Source of the DNA: Lachnospiraceae bacterium UBA7205
GTDB lineage: Bacteria; Bacillota; Clostridia; Lachnospirales; Lachnospiraceae
Length of the DNA stretch: 64,000 nt
Assembly: GCA_002490665.1 (NCBI GenBank)
Contig: DKUL01000059.1
Location: forward strand, 53,704 to 117,703
Direction of reading: 5' to 3'
The position numbers and the translations under genes are program-made. The first letter of the stretch is position 1, and each line of letters starts with the position of its first letter. The notes below the pieces were generated by a model. That model made no database searches, was not told the DNA's origin, and was given only the letters and a program-made list of their open reading frames with translations. Shown piece after piece: positions 1-10,058 of the stretch.

Positions 1-1
1 A

Positions 2-1246
2 GCGCTTCGGTATGGGGTGGATGATTATCTGTTAAAACCGTTGTCAATTGATGATATCAGGGACATGCTTGTCAGGGTGGAAGAGAAGATTAAAAAAGAA
101 CAGATGACAAATGGGACGCCGGGACAGCATATGAGGAACCTGATTGCCGGGGCAGAGAAGGATTCGGGGAAGCACTGTAGCATTTTAAAAGAACTCTGCG
201 GATTTCCGGCTGAAGCGGACTATGAACTTTTTGTGGGGTATATCGGTTCGGCAGAATTGTCTTATCGGGAAGTGTTAGAGCATTTTGTGGAGCGTGTGCG
301 GGAGGAGTATCAGGAGTTTGCGCTCTGTTATTTCTATGTGGAAAACCAGCAGAGGGCATATCTTCTCGGATATGGCGGACAGGGCACAATGGATGTGCTG
401 GAGGAACAGGTCAGCCGCCGGCTGATTCTCAGGTATCAGGACAGAACGGAGCGTGCGATCTGGACAAGAAAGCGGATAAACTGTCCGGAACAGATCAGGG
501 AGGCAGCAGCAGAGCTTGACAGTCTGTTTGCATATGCACTGGTGTTAAATCCGAAGGGATGGCTGGACATGGAGATGGTAAAACAGTATTGCCCGATGCC
601 ATTTCAGGCACCTGCGCAGATCTACAGCGCAATACGCAATGCCATCTGTCAGGACAATGTCCAAAAGCTCGAGAAGGCGGCAGGGGCGTTTCTTTCCTAT
701 ATGGCGGAGGGGCATTTTGAGATAGGCGAGGTCCGCAAGGCTTTTGTGAAGTGCTATTACCTGATCGGGGACACATTGCAGGAGATTGACAGCACATTGT
801 ATCAGCACTTGAAAAACAGAAATCTGCTGCGCAATATTGAGACTGCCGTGACATGGAATGAGCTGGCTCAGGCGTACAGGGATGTGATTCAGGTAATGGC
901 GGGGACACAGGTAAAACGGGAGGATATCAGCAATTATGTGATAAAACGTGCAATTAATTATATCAGGGAGCATTATCAGGAGGGGCTGACGCAGGAGGAG
1001 GTGGCATCTGTCCTGGAAATTACACCCGAGTATTTAAGTACGCTCTTTAATCGGGAGATGGGGGTCAATTTCTCTGTTTTTTTGAAGCAGTTTCGGATGA
1101 GTCATGCAAAGCGCCTGTTAAAAGGAACAGATATGAAGATATACGAGATTGCAGATGCTGTTGGATACAGTGATCCGAAATATTTTCAGCGGGTATTTAA
1201 GGAAGAAATCGGCGTGTCGCCGGGTGAATACCGCCAGATGAAGTAG
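2..1246 (+). CDS. YesN-like two-component response regulator with C-terminal AraC HTH (5'-partial)
   Basis: Frame is open from the window start (ALRYGVDDYLLKP = end of a receiver domain); C-terminal AraC motif (AINYIREHY...YLSTLF...KIYEIADAVGYSDPKYFQRVFK). Confidence 0.9.
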   Translation, partial: ALRYGVDDYLLKPLSIDDIRDMLVRVEEKIKKEQMTNGTPGQHMRNLIAGAEKDSGKHCSILKELCGFPAEADYELFVGYIGSAELSYREVLEHFVERVREEYQEFALCYFYVENQQRAYLLGYGGQGTMDVLEEQVSRRLILRYQDRTERAIWTRKRINCPEQIREAAAELDSLFAYALVLNPKGWLDMEMVKQYCPMPFQAPAQIYSAIRNAICQDNVQKLEKAAGAFLSYMAEGHFEIGEVRKAFVKCYYLIGDTLQEIDSTLYQHLKNRNLLRNIETAVTWNELAQAYRDVIQVMAGTQVKREDISNYVIKRAINYIREHYQEGLTQEEVASVLEITPEYLSTLFNREMGVNFSVFLKQFRMSHAKRLLKGTDMKIYEIADAVGYSDPKYFQRVFKEEIGVSPGEYRQMK

Positions 1247-1254
1247 GAGGGGAT

Positions 1255-2481
1255 ATGAAAAATTCTATGAAAAAACTGCTGGTCTGTGTGCTGGTCATGA
1301 TGATTGCTGCTGGACAATCAGGCTGTGCAATTGTCAGTGACGAGGGTGGAACAGAGGGGAAGAATGGCAGGACGGAACTTGTCCTCTGGACGTATTATGA
1401 GACGGAAATGCAGAAAAAATCAATGGATGAACTTGTGGCTGGATTCAACAAATCACAGGAGGAATATCACCTGACGTGGGAGTATCATGGCCCGGTTACG
1501 GAATTTAACAAGAAACTGGCAATTGCGATGACGCAGAACCAGCTCCCGGACATGGTGATTCTGGACAATCCTGACATGCCTTTGTATATCAGCATGGATA
1601 AGCTGGAAGATATGACAGACATAATAGTAGATTTAGATAATCTGGACCAGTATTTTCCTGTCGCCATGGAATCGGTGAAATATGGGGGAAAGTATTATGG
1701 ACTGCCATTTTGCTGTAATAATATTGTGTTAGTCTACAATAAGGATATGCTGGCGGAAAAAGATATTGACGTGCCCCGATCATGGCAGGATCTTTGGGAT
1801 GCGGCGGAAAAACTTACCGATTCTGACCACTATGGTTTTGCGATGTCCGCGGTCGACGGAGAGCAGGGCGTCTTTCAGTTTGGGACGCTGATGCTGTCTG
1901 CCGGAGACAGTCTGGAACAGGCAGGAGGAACGGGGACACTGGAAGCATTCCGGTTTGTGCGCGATCTGACAGAGCAGGGATGGATGTCTCGCGATTGTGT
2001 GAACTGGTCCCAGAATGACGTGGCAAGAATATTTATTGAGGGGAAATGCGCCATGATGGAAAACGGCCCATGGGTGTTTCCTGCGCTGGATGAGTCCGAT
2101 ATTAATTATGGGATTGCCATCTTTCCGGCTATAGGGCAGAGCAGGGGATTTCTTGGCGGGGAAAATATTGCCGTGATCAAGGGAAAAAACATAGAGGGAT
2201 GCGAAGCGTTTCTACAGTACTACAGCCAGCCTGATACCATGCTCAATATCAACCTGTGCGCCAGTTCGCTTCCTCCGAGAATGGACGCGGCGCAGTTTTT
2301 TTTGAAGGCAAAACCACAGTATGCCGTGATACTGGAGCAGATGGAGCACTGTATTTCCAGAACCAGCGTTGACAACTGGTCAGAGCTGTCAGAGCAGTTA
2401 TCAGACGCACAATATCGCATTATGATCGGGGAGAGCACGCCGGAGCAGGTGTGTGAAGAAATTAGGAATCAAAGACCGTAG
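1255..2481 (+). CDS. Sugar ABC substrate-binding lipoprotein (family 1), probably TCS-associated
   Basis: Lipobox QSGC; family-1 SBP motifs (YYGLPF, ENGPW, GGEN); directly follows the RR and is not adjacent to permeases. Confidence 0.85.
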   Translation: MKNSMKKLLVCVLVMMIAAGQSGCAIVSDEGGTEGKNGRTELVLWTYYETEMQKKSMDELVAGFNKSQEEYHLTWEYHGPVTEFNKKLAIAMTQNQLPDMVILDNPDMPLYISMDKLEDMTDIIVDLDNLDQYFPVAMESVKYGGKYYGLPFCCNNIVLVYNKDMLAEKDIDVPRSWQDLWDAAEKLTDSDHYGFAMSAVDGEQGVFQFGTLMLSAGDSLEQAGGTGTLEAFRFVRDLTEQGWMSRDCVNWSQNDVARIFIEGKCAMMENGPWVFPALDESDINYGIAIFPAIGQSRGFLGGENIAVIKGKNIEGCEAFLQYYSQPDTMLNINLCASSLPPRMDAAQFFLKAKPQYAVILEQMEHCISRTSVDNWSELSEQLSDAQYRIMIGESTPEQVCEEIRNQRP

Positions 2482-2551
2482 AGGGGTTTAGAAAGTTAAG
2501 TTGTAGTAAAGGCAGGTAAGATTGCAATAATGGTACAATCGGAGGGAAAAG

Positions 2552-3199
2552 ATGAATCAAACTATATCAGGTGAAAACGAGGAAACGCTGTATTCAGGGA
2601 AGTCTGGGAAAAAAGCGGGAGGAAAAGTTTTATTAATCCTGTTTTTCGCAGTCTTTGTGCTGGGGTTTGGCGCTGCGGGAGTCCTTATGCTGCATTCCAC
2701 ATACATAAAAGGGAAAGCATGTAGCGCAGAGACTGACGGTATCGTAATTGATTACAACAGGAATTATAAGCACATGTACACCCCGATCGTAGAATATCAG
2801 GTGGGAGATCAAATGTTTACCAGTGGTACAAATACACGTTCTAATCATCGCCCCTTCAAAAAGGGAGAGTCTGTATCAATTTATTATAATCCCAAAAATC
2901 CTGATGAATTTTATCTCAAAGGATATGACTTGAAGGTAACATACAGTCTGGGTGTGATTTTTGTGGTTTTCAGTATGGGAGTTCTTACTGTTTCTGTGCT
3001 GTTTGCAGTAATCAGCAGGACAAAAATGGATAAAGAAAGGAAAGAACGAATTCTGGCAAATATTTTTCTGTCTGCGGCAGTGCTGATTATTTTGACTGCA
3101 TTTCTCTGTTTGGCAGGGCCGGGTATCACAATATGTATTTTGATTTTCATGGTTCTTTTTGCTTTGTATGGAAGGCATCAGAACAGGCGTAGACAATAA
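2552..3199 (+). CDS. DUF3592-like membrane protein
   Basis: TM, then beta-rich segment (YTPIVEY...GESVSIYYNPKNP), then further TM helices. Confidence 0.65.
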   Translation: MNQTISGENEETLYSGKSGKKAGGKVLLILFFAVFVLGFGAAGVLMLHSTYIKGKACSAETDGIVIDYNRNYKHMYTPIVEYQVGDQMFTSGTNTRSNHRPFKKGESVSIYYNPKNPDEFYLKGYDLKVTYSLGVIFVVFSMGVLTVSVLFAVISRTKMDKERKERILANIFLSAAVLIILTAFLCLAGPGITICILIFMVLFALYGRHQNRRRQ

Positions 3200-3225
3200 A
3201 AAGAGTTTTTAACGCTTAGATAATG

Positions 3226-3263
3226 CAGGGTGGAAATTCAGTTAAAGAATTTCCACCCTGTTT
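3226..3263 (+). terminator. Intrinsic terminator-like hairpin
   Basis: Perfect 14-bp stem CAGGGTGGAAATTC / GAATTTCCACCCTG, 7-nt loop, followed by TTT. Confidence 0.7.
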
Positions 3264-3355
3264 AAGTATTTAGAGTATCAAATCCACCTTTCTTTTTTTA
3301 TACTTAATTTATCAAGGAAATCAGTAACATCAATAAAAGAAAGGCAGGAAAAATT

Positions 3356-4693
3356 ATGAAGAAGAAAATGTTAAGCATACTTTTATGTCTGACAATGGCG
3401 GCAGGGGTAATGACAGGATGCGGCGGCGGAAGTAAGAACAGCGGCTCGCAGACAGCCTCAAATCAGCAGGCAGCAGACGGTCAGACAGCCTCAAATGACC
3501 AAGCGTCTAATCAGGCATCATCCGACCAGCCGTCATCGTCGACCAGCGCAGAAACGGTTGTTATATGGGATTACTTTGAGACGGACGCGCAGAAAAACAT
3601 GATGCAGGACTTGATCAATGGATTTAATGAATCCCAGGACAAATACGAAGCAACTCATGTTTATGTACCGTTTGCGGATTACGAGAAACAGCTGACACTG
3701 GGAATGGCGTCAGGGGAACTTCCTGATCTGGTTATCTTAGATGGGTGCGGAATGGCGTCCTTTATCGAGATGGATCTCTTTGGGGATGTATCGAGTGCAA
3801 ATATCCAGTGGGATGAATACATGGAAGGACCGATGGCATCCACGATGGCAGACGGAAAACATTACGGGATTCCGTTCGCGACAAACTGTACGGCACTGTT
3901 CTACAATAAAGATATTTTTGACGCAGCGGGTATGGCTTATCCGGATGAGAATACCACATGGGAAGAATTCCGCGAGATGGCAAAGGCGCTCACAAAGGAT
4001 GGTGTGACCGGTTTTGGAAATGCGGCGACAGGTACAGACGAGGGTACATTCCAGTGCCTGCAATGGCTGTACACCGCAGGTGGCGATTATCAGAATATCG
4101 GCGCAGGGATTGATGCCTATAAGCTGATGCAGGAGATGGTGGCGGAAGGTTCATGGTCTAAGGATTGCGTGAACTGGACACAGTCGGATGCGAACAACAA
4201 TTTTGTTGCCAGGAACCTTGCCATGCAGCAGAACGGTCCGTGGCAGATACCCGGAATTGAGAAGGATGCTCCGAACCTGAACTATGGTGTGACAGTTCTG
4301 CCCAAGAAGGATGCTTCTTCCGGTCAGGCGACATCCATTCTTGGCGGCGAGAATATGGGTGCGGTGAAGCAGGATAATATGGATGGGGCAATTGCATTTT
4401 TGGAGTATTACAATAGGACAGATGTCATGGTGGAATGCATGAAACAGTATGGTTCATTCCCACCAAAGACTGAGGCGGCACAGGATTCTTACTGGACAGA
4501 TGACCCAATTCAGAAAGCATTTATTACACAGCTTGACACATCCATCCCGAGAGGACCAAGCGCATCATGGCCGGCATATTCAGACGCAATCCAGACAGGC
4601 TTTCAGGAGGTCATGATTTCTGCAAAGACTCCTGAGAAAGCGGCAGAAGATACACAGGCTGCAGTCGATAAGGTAAAGGCTGCGGAAAAATAA
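3356..4693 (+). CDS. Sugar ABC transporter substrate-binding lipoprotein
   Basis: Lipobox MTGC, S/Q/A-rich linker, SBP motifs (YGIPF, QNGPW, GGEN); upstream of two permeases. Confidence 0.9.
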   Translation: MKKKMLSILLCLTMAAGVMTGCGGGSKNSGSQTASNQQAADGQTASNDQASNQASSDQPSSSTSAETVVIWDYFETDAQKNMMQDLINGFNESQDKYEATHVYVPFADYEKQLTLGMASGELPDLVILDGCGMASFIEMDLFGDVSSANIQWDEYMEGPMASTMADGKHYGIPFATNCTALFYNKDIFDAAGMAYPDENTTWEEFREMAKALTKDGVTGFGNAATGTDEGTFQCLQWLYTAGGDYQNIGAGIDAYKLMQEMVAEGSWSKDCVNWTQSDANNNFVARNLAMQQNGPWQIPGIEKDAPNLNYGVTVLPKKDASSGQATSILGGENMGAVKQDNMDGAIAFLEYYNRTDVMVECMKQYGSFPPKTEAAQDSYWTDDPIQKAFITQLDTSIPRGPSASWPAYSDAIQTGFQEVMISAKTPEKAAEDTQAAVDKVKAAEK

Positions 4694-4715
4694 AAAGGAT
4701 ACTTATACTGTAATC

Positions 4716-4742
4716 AAGGGACAGGTCAACCCTGTCCCTTTT
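4716..4742 (+). terminator. Stem-loop between SBP and permease genes (mRNA stabiliser or partial terminator)
   Basis: AAGGGACAGG-TCAAC-CCTGTCCCTT followed by TT. Confidence 0.65.
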
Positions 4743-4780
4743 CATAAAATAATTTAAAGATAGAGAAAGGATGGCGTGAA

Positions 4781-5686
4781 ATGAATAAAAAGAACCATTT
4801 AAGCGTAAAAACAGGTTTTCTATTTGCGCTCCCCGCAGTCGTCTATATGCTGGTCTTTGTCGGTTATCCGATGATTCAAAACTTTATATTGAGTGTTAAA
4901 AACGTGGATGTATATACATTTGCAGATGCATCCAAACAGGAATTTGTCGGTCTCAAAAATTATTTGGAACTGTTCGATGGAGAGGATTCCATTCTGCTGA
5001 CAGCAATCTCCAACACATTAATCTTTACGGTGATGTCAATCTTCTTTCAGTTTTTTATCGGTTTCGGGCTGGCGCTTCTTTTCAACAAGAAGTTCAAGGG
5101 CAGTTCCTTTTTCAGGGGTGTTACCATGATATCATGGCTGCTCCCTGTGACGGTTGCCGGTCTGCTGTTTAAGTTTATGTTTGCAAGCAAGGGCGGCATT
5201 ATCAACCAGCTCTTCATGTCCCTGCATTTGATTGATGCACCGCTGGAATGGCTGCTGGAGCCAAAACTTGCAATGATAGCGATTGTGGTGGCAAATATAT
5301 GGATTGGAATTCCCTTTAATATGATGCTGCTGATTACAGGTCTCACTACCATACCAGAGGAAATCTATGAAAGTTCCAAGCTGGACGGCGCAAGTAAATT
5401 GCAGACGCTGTTCCTGATTACGATTCCTATGATTAAACCGGCAATCATGTCGGTGCTGACACTGGGATTCGTCTACACGTTCAAGGTGTTTGATCTGGTG
5501 TGGGTTATGACAAAGGGCGGACCAATCAATGCGACAGAGCTGGTGTCCACCTACGCATATAAGCTGTCCTTTGACCAGTTCCAGTTCAGCAAGGGTTCAG
5601 CGGCGGCAAACATATTGTTCCTGATTCTGTTTGTGGTAGGTATCTTTTACATTAAACTGATCAATGACGAGGAAGAGGTGATGTGA
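4781..5686 (+). CDS. Carbohydrate ABC transporter permease
   Basis: Six TM helices; EAA loop (IPEEIYESSKLDGAS). Confidence 0.92.
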   Translation: MNKKNHLSVKTGFLFALPAVVYMLVFVGYPMIQNFILSVKNVDVYTFADASKQEFVGLKNYLELFDGEDSILLTAISNTLIFTVMSIFFQFFIGFGLALLFNKKFKGSSFFRGVTMISWLLPVTVAGLLFKFMFASKGGIINQLFMSLHLIDAPLEWLLEPKLAMIAIVVANIWIGIPFNMMLLITGLTTIPEEIYESSKLDGASKLQTLFLITIPMIKPAIMSVLTLGFVYTFKVFDLVWVMTKGGPINATELVSTYAYKLSFDQFQFSKGSAAANILFLILFVVGIFYIKLINDEEEVM

Positions 5687-5687
5687 T

Positions 5688-6518
5688 ATGAAGAATGAAA
5701 AAGGCAATTGGAAATATTTTATCATTGGCGCGATTGTATTTGTAATCTTTATTTTCCCACTATACTGGATGGTTGTCACGGCGCTCAAGACGCAGGTTGA
5801 GATATTCCAGATTCCGACACCGCTGTGGCCGAAAGACCTGACCTTTGAAGCCTTTGCAGACCAGATGTCCTCTTCCAGCGATACCTTTCAGGGATTTAAG
5901 AATAGTCTGATTATCGGATGCGGTGCTACGATTATTTCTACGATACTGTCCATTCCGGCAGCATATGGACTGGCAAGATTTAAGTTCAAGGGAAGGAAGC
6001 TGTTGATTCTATTTTTCTTAATGACGCAAATGCTTCCGTCCACTCTGATTCTTACTTCGCTGTACATCATGTTTTCGCGCATGGGGCTTTTGAATTCCTA
6101 TCTGGCACCGATCCTTGCGGATGCGACACTCGGAATACCGTTTAGTATTATTATACTGAGGACATATTTCCTGTCCATTCCGAAGGAGCTGGACGAAGCA
6201 GCGAAGATCGACGGCTGTAACAGCATCACTTCGTTTACCAAAATCATGCTCCCAATTGCAAAACCGGGTGTTGTTGTGGCAGCGGTGTTTTCTTTTGTGT
6301 ATGCATGGGGAGATTTGATTTACGGAATTACCTTTATTACAGATCCAACGAAACGCCCGATTACATCCAGCATTTATAATTACGTGCAGCAGTACCAGAC
6401 GTTGTGGAACGCAACGATGGCATTTGGTATCATTGCCATCATGCCGGTCGTATTAATCTTTATATTTATGCAGAAATATATCGTCAGCGGTTTGACAAAC
6501 GGCGCTGTCAAAGCATAG
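5688..6518 (+). CDS. Carbohydrate ABC transporter permease
   Basis: EAA loop IPKELDEAAKIDGC; TM pattern. Confidence 0.92.
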   Translation: MKNEKGNWKYFIIGAIVFVIFIFPLYWMVVTALKTQVEIFQIPTPLWPKDLTFEAFADQMSSSSDTFQGFKNSLIIGCGATIISTILSIPAAYGLARFKFKGRKLLILFFLMTQMLPSTLILTSLYIMFSRMGLLNSYLAPILADATLGIPFSIIILRTYFLSIPKELDEAAKIDGCNSITSFTKIMLPIAKPGVVVAAVFSFVYAWGDLIYGITFITDPTKRPITSSIYNYVQQYQTLWNATMAFGIIAIMPVVLIFIFMQKYIVSGLTNGAVKA

Positions 6519-6530
6519 GAGGTAATCGGA

Positions 6531-8471
6531 ATGGAACAACAGAAACTGCATTCAATTGACTTAAAAAAAATAAGGATAAAGGATTCATTTTGGTCAAAGC
6601 ATGTAAATCTGGTCAAAGATGAGATTATCCCTTACCAGTGGGATGCCATGAATGACCGTATTCCGGGCGCAGAGCCGTCACACTGCCTTGATAATTTTGC
6701 GATTGCGGCAGGAAGGCAGACAGGAGAACATTACGGGGCAGTATTTCAGGATACGGATATCGCAAAATGGCTGGAGGCTGTCGGATTTTCCCTGGCGGCA
6801 AATGCAGACAGTAAACTGGAGGAAACGGCTGATGAGGTGATTGACCTGATTGCAGAGGCACAGCAGGACGACGGTTATCTGGATACCTATTTCATCATCA
6901 AGGAGCCGAACCGCAAGTGGAAAAACCTTTGCGAAGGACATGAGCTTTATACGGCGGGGCACATGATGGAAGCCGCCGTAGCTTATTATCAGGGAACGGG
7001 AAAGGAGAAATTCCTGAACGTGGTTAAAAAACTTGCTGACCTGCTCTGTGAGACATTTGGGGAAGAAGAGGGAAAAATCCATGCATACCCCGGGCATCAG
7101 GAGGTAGAAGTCGGACTGATTAAGCTCTATTATGTGACGGGGGAGCGCAGGTATCTGGACCTTGCAAAATACTTTATTGATGCGCGGGGCGTGGGCGAGA
7201 ATTATTTCCTGCGGGAAAGAAAAGAACCCGGTTATCGGAATATCTTTCCGGAGCTTGTCGATTACCAGCCCACTTATTCGCAGTCAGACCGCCCCGTGCG
7301 GGAACAGAATGCTGCCGAAGGGCACGCAGTCAGGGCGGCATACATGTATTCAGCCATGGCGGAGCTTGCCTATGAATATCAGGATCAGGAGCTGATGGAC
7401 GCGTGCGTCAGGCTCTGGAATAATATTGTGGGAAAGCAGATGTATATCACCGGCGGCATTGGTGCGTCCGGCATTCTTGAGCGGTTTACCACGGACTATG
7501 ACCTGCCCAACGACTGCAATTATTCTGAGTCCTGTGCGTCGATTGGGCTTGCCATGTTTGGTATTCGTATGGCAAATATCACAAGGGATGCCGCCTATAT
7601 TGATACGGTGGAGAGGGCGCTTTACAACACGGTGCTTGCCGGTATCGCGCTGGACGGAAAGAGTTTCTTTTACGTGAATCCCCTTGAAGTATGGCCGGAC
7701 AACTGCATGGAGCGTACTTCTAAGGAGCATGTGAAGCCAGTCCGGCAGAAATGGTTTGGCGTCGCGTGCTGCCCTCCCAATATTGCAAGGACGCTGGCGT
7801 CAATGGGACAGTATATCTATTCGGCAGGGGAAGCGGAGCTGTATGTCAATTTGTTTATTTCGAATGAGGCAGAGATTGATTTAGGCAGTGTGTCCGTACA
7901 GGCAGAAATTAATACAAAGTTTCCGTTTGAAAATGAGGTGGAAATTACAGTGAACCATGTTCCGCTTGACGGGATGACACTCGCGGTCAGAATCCCGCAG
8001 TATGCCCGCAATTATCAGGTGATGACGGACGGTAAGGCGGCAGCGTACTGTGTAGAGAAAGGGTATGCGCTGCTTACACTGGACAAAGACATCAGGATTA
8101 CCGTCTCCTTTGAGGCGCCGGCAGAGTATGTCCGTGCAAATCCGAATGTGCGCGCGGACTGCGGAAAGGCGGCAGTCGTCAGGGGACCTCTCGTGTACTG
8201 TCTCGAGGAGATTGACAATGGAAAGAATTTGTCGGAGCTGTATGTAGATACGTCCAGAGAAATAGAAGAAACAGATTCGGAACTTTTCGGCGGTATTAAA
8301 AAGCTGACACTGAAAGGAAAACGCATTGGAGAAGCGGACTGGAATGAGGGTGAACTCTACGGCAGGCATCCGCTGACACTGACAGATGTCACATTGCAGG
8401 CAATCCCTTATGCGTATTGGAATAACCGGGGCATGGGAGAGATGACGGTGTGGGTGAGAGAACTGGTGTAG
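6531..8471 (+). CDS. hypBA1: GH127 beta-L-arabinofuranosidase
   Basis: FQDTDIAKWLEA, HELYTAGH, GHQE, EGHAVR, YSESCAS and ACCPPN zinc/Cys motifs typical of GH127. Confidence 0.9.
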   Translation: MEQQKLHSIDLKKIRIKDSFWSKHVNLVKDEIIPYQWDAMNDRIPGAEPSHCLDNFAIAAGRQTGEHYGAVFQDTDIAKWLEAVGFSLAANADSKLEETADEVIDLIAEAQQDDGYLDTYFIIKEPNRKWKNLCEGHELYTAGHMMEAAVAYYQGTGKEKFLNVVKKLADLLCETFGEEEGKIHAYPGHQEVEVGLIKLYYVTGERRYLDLAKYFIDARGVGENYFLRERKEPGYRNIFPELVDYQPTYSQSDRPVREQNAAEGHAVRAAYMYSAMAELAYEYQDQELMDACVRLWNNIVGKQMYITGGIGASGILERFTTDYDLPNDCNYSESCASIGLAMFGIRMANITRDAAYIDTVERALYNTVLAGIALDGKSFFYVNPLEVWPDNCMERTSKEHVKPVRQKWFGVACCPPNIARTLASMGQYIYSAGEAELYVNLFISNEAEIDLGSVSVQAEINTKFPFENEVEITVNHVPLDGMTLAVRIPQYARNYQVMTDGKAAAYCVEKGYALLTLDKDIRITVSFEAPAEYVRANPNVRADCGKAAVVRGPLVYCLEEIDNGKNLSELYVDTSREIEETDSELFGGIKKLTLKGKRIGEADWNEGELYGRHPLTLTDVTLQAIPYAYWNNRGMGEMTVWVRELV

Positions 8472-8519
8472 GATTCAACAAGGTGAATAACACAAAAATG
8501 TATATCAGGAGGACAAATC

Positions 8520-10016
8520 ATGTTGGAAATAAAGAATTACAAATTTTGGTTTTGTACAGGTTCACAGGACCTGTATGGAGAGGAATGCTTAAAAAATGTG
8601 GCGGAGCATTCAAAAAAGATCGTGGATGTGTTAAATACATTCGGGAAACTGCCTTTTGAAGTCGTGTGGAAGCCGACGTTGATTGATCAGGCGTCAATCA
8701 GGCGGACTTTTAACGAGGCAAACAATGATGGGGAATGTGCAGGCATTATCACGTGGATGCATACTTTTTCACCTGCAAAGATGTGGATTATCGGCCTTCA
8801 GGAGTATCACAAGCCATTGTGCCATCTGCACACGCAGTTTAACATGGAAATTCCGTATGATACCATTGACATGGATTTCATGAATGAAAACCAGTCTGCC
8901 CATGGTGACAGGGAATACGGTCATATTGTCAGCCGTATGGGGATAGAGCGCAAAATTATCGTAGGTCATTTCACCAATGAGGGCGTACAGGAAAAACTGG
9001 CGGACTGGATGCGCACGGCAGTCGGCATCATGGAATCTTCCCATATCCGTGTTGTCCGTATTGCGGACAACATGAGAAACGTAGCCGTGACAGAAGGCGA
9101 TAAAGTGGAGGCACAGATAAAGTTCGGCTGGGAAATTGATGCGTATCCGGTCAATGAAATCGTAGAATATGTGGATGCTGTCTCCCAGGCGGACAGGGAT
9201 GCGCTCGTGGAAGAATACTACGGCAAATATGAAATCCTTCTGGAAGGCAGGGATGAAAAAGAGTTTCGGGAGCATGTTGCCGTACAGGCGGGGATTGAGC
9301 TTGGTTTTGAAAAGTTTTTGACAGAGAAGAATTATCAGGCAGTTGTGACGCATTTTGGTGATTTGGGAGGCTTAAAACAGCTTCCGGGGCTTGCAATACA
9401 GAGGCTGATGGAAAAAGGATATGGATTTGGCGCGGAAGGGGACTGGAAGACTGCGGCAATGGTGCGCCTTATGAAACTGATGTCGGCAAATACACCGAAC
9501 GCAAAAGGAACTTCTTTCATGGAGGACTACACATATAACCTTGTTCCGGGCAAAGAGGGCATTTTGCAGGCGCATATGCTTGAGGTATGCCCGACAATTT
9601 CGGACGGCTCGGTTGCCATCAAGTGCCAGCCGCTCTCCATGGGCGACAGGGAAGATCCGGCTCGTTTGGTATTTACAAGCAAGACCGGCCCGGCAGTGGC
9701 AACTTCCCTGATTGATCTCGGAACCCGTTTCCGTCTGATTATCAATGCGGTTGACTGCAAAAAGTGCGAGAAACCCATGCCAAAACTTCCTGTAGCGACA
9801 GCATTCTGGACGCCACAGCCTTCTTTGGAGGTTGGCGCACAGGCATGGCTTCTTGCGGGCGGCGCACACCATACGGCATTTTCCTATGACCTGACCGTGG
9901 AACAGTTGGAGGACTGGGCAGCGGCAATGGGAATTGAGAGCGTTGTCATAGATAACAATACGACAATCCGTGATTTTAAGAATGTACTTAGATGGAATTC
10001 CTTTGCATATCGTTAA
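8520..10016 (+). CDS. araA: L-arabinose isomerase
   Basis: GSQDLYG, WMHTFSP, LHTQFN, NQSAHGDRE, GFGAEGDWK, FMEDY, HMLEVCP, GGAHH motifs. Confidence 0.96.
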   Translation: MLEIKNYKFWFCTGSQDLYGEECLKNVAEHSKKIVDVLNTFGKLPFEVVWKPTLIDQASIRRTFNEANNDGECAGIITWMHTFSPAKMWIIGLQEYHKPLCHLHTQFNMEIPYDTIDMDFMNENQSAHGDREYGHIVSRMGIERKIIVGHFTNEGVQEKLADWMRTAVGIMESSHIRVVRIADNMRNVAVTEGDKVEAQIKFGWEIDAYPVNEIVEYVDAVSQADRDALVEEYYGKYEILLEGRDEKEFREHVAVQAGIELGFEKFLTEKNYQAVVTHFGDLGGLKQLPGLAIQRLMEKGYGFGAEGDWKTAAMVRLMKLMSANTPNAKGTSFMEDYTYNLVPGKEGILQAHMLEVCPTISDGSVAIKCQPLSMGDREDPARLVFTSKTGPAVATSLIDLGTRFRLIINAVDCKKCEKPMPKLPVATAFWTPQPSLEVGAQAWLLAGGAHHTAFSYDLTVEQLEDWAAAMGIESVVIDNNTTIRDFKNVLRWNSFAYR

Positions 10017-10058
10017 AACATTCAATGGAAAACCGACTGGGCAGGAATGGAGGAAGAA

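Noticed and set aside
3440-3545. Short direct repeats (CAGACAGCCTCAAAT x2) in the SBP2 gene
   Set aside because: Encode an ordinary low-complexity lipoprotein linker; not a CRISPR or mobile repeat.
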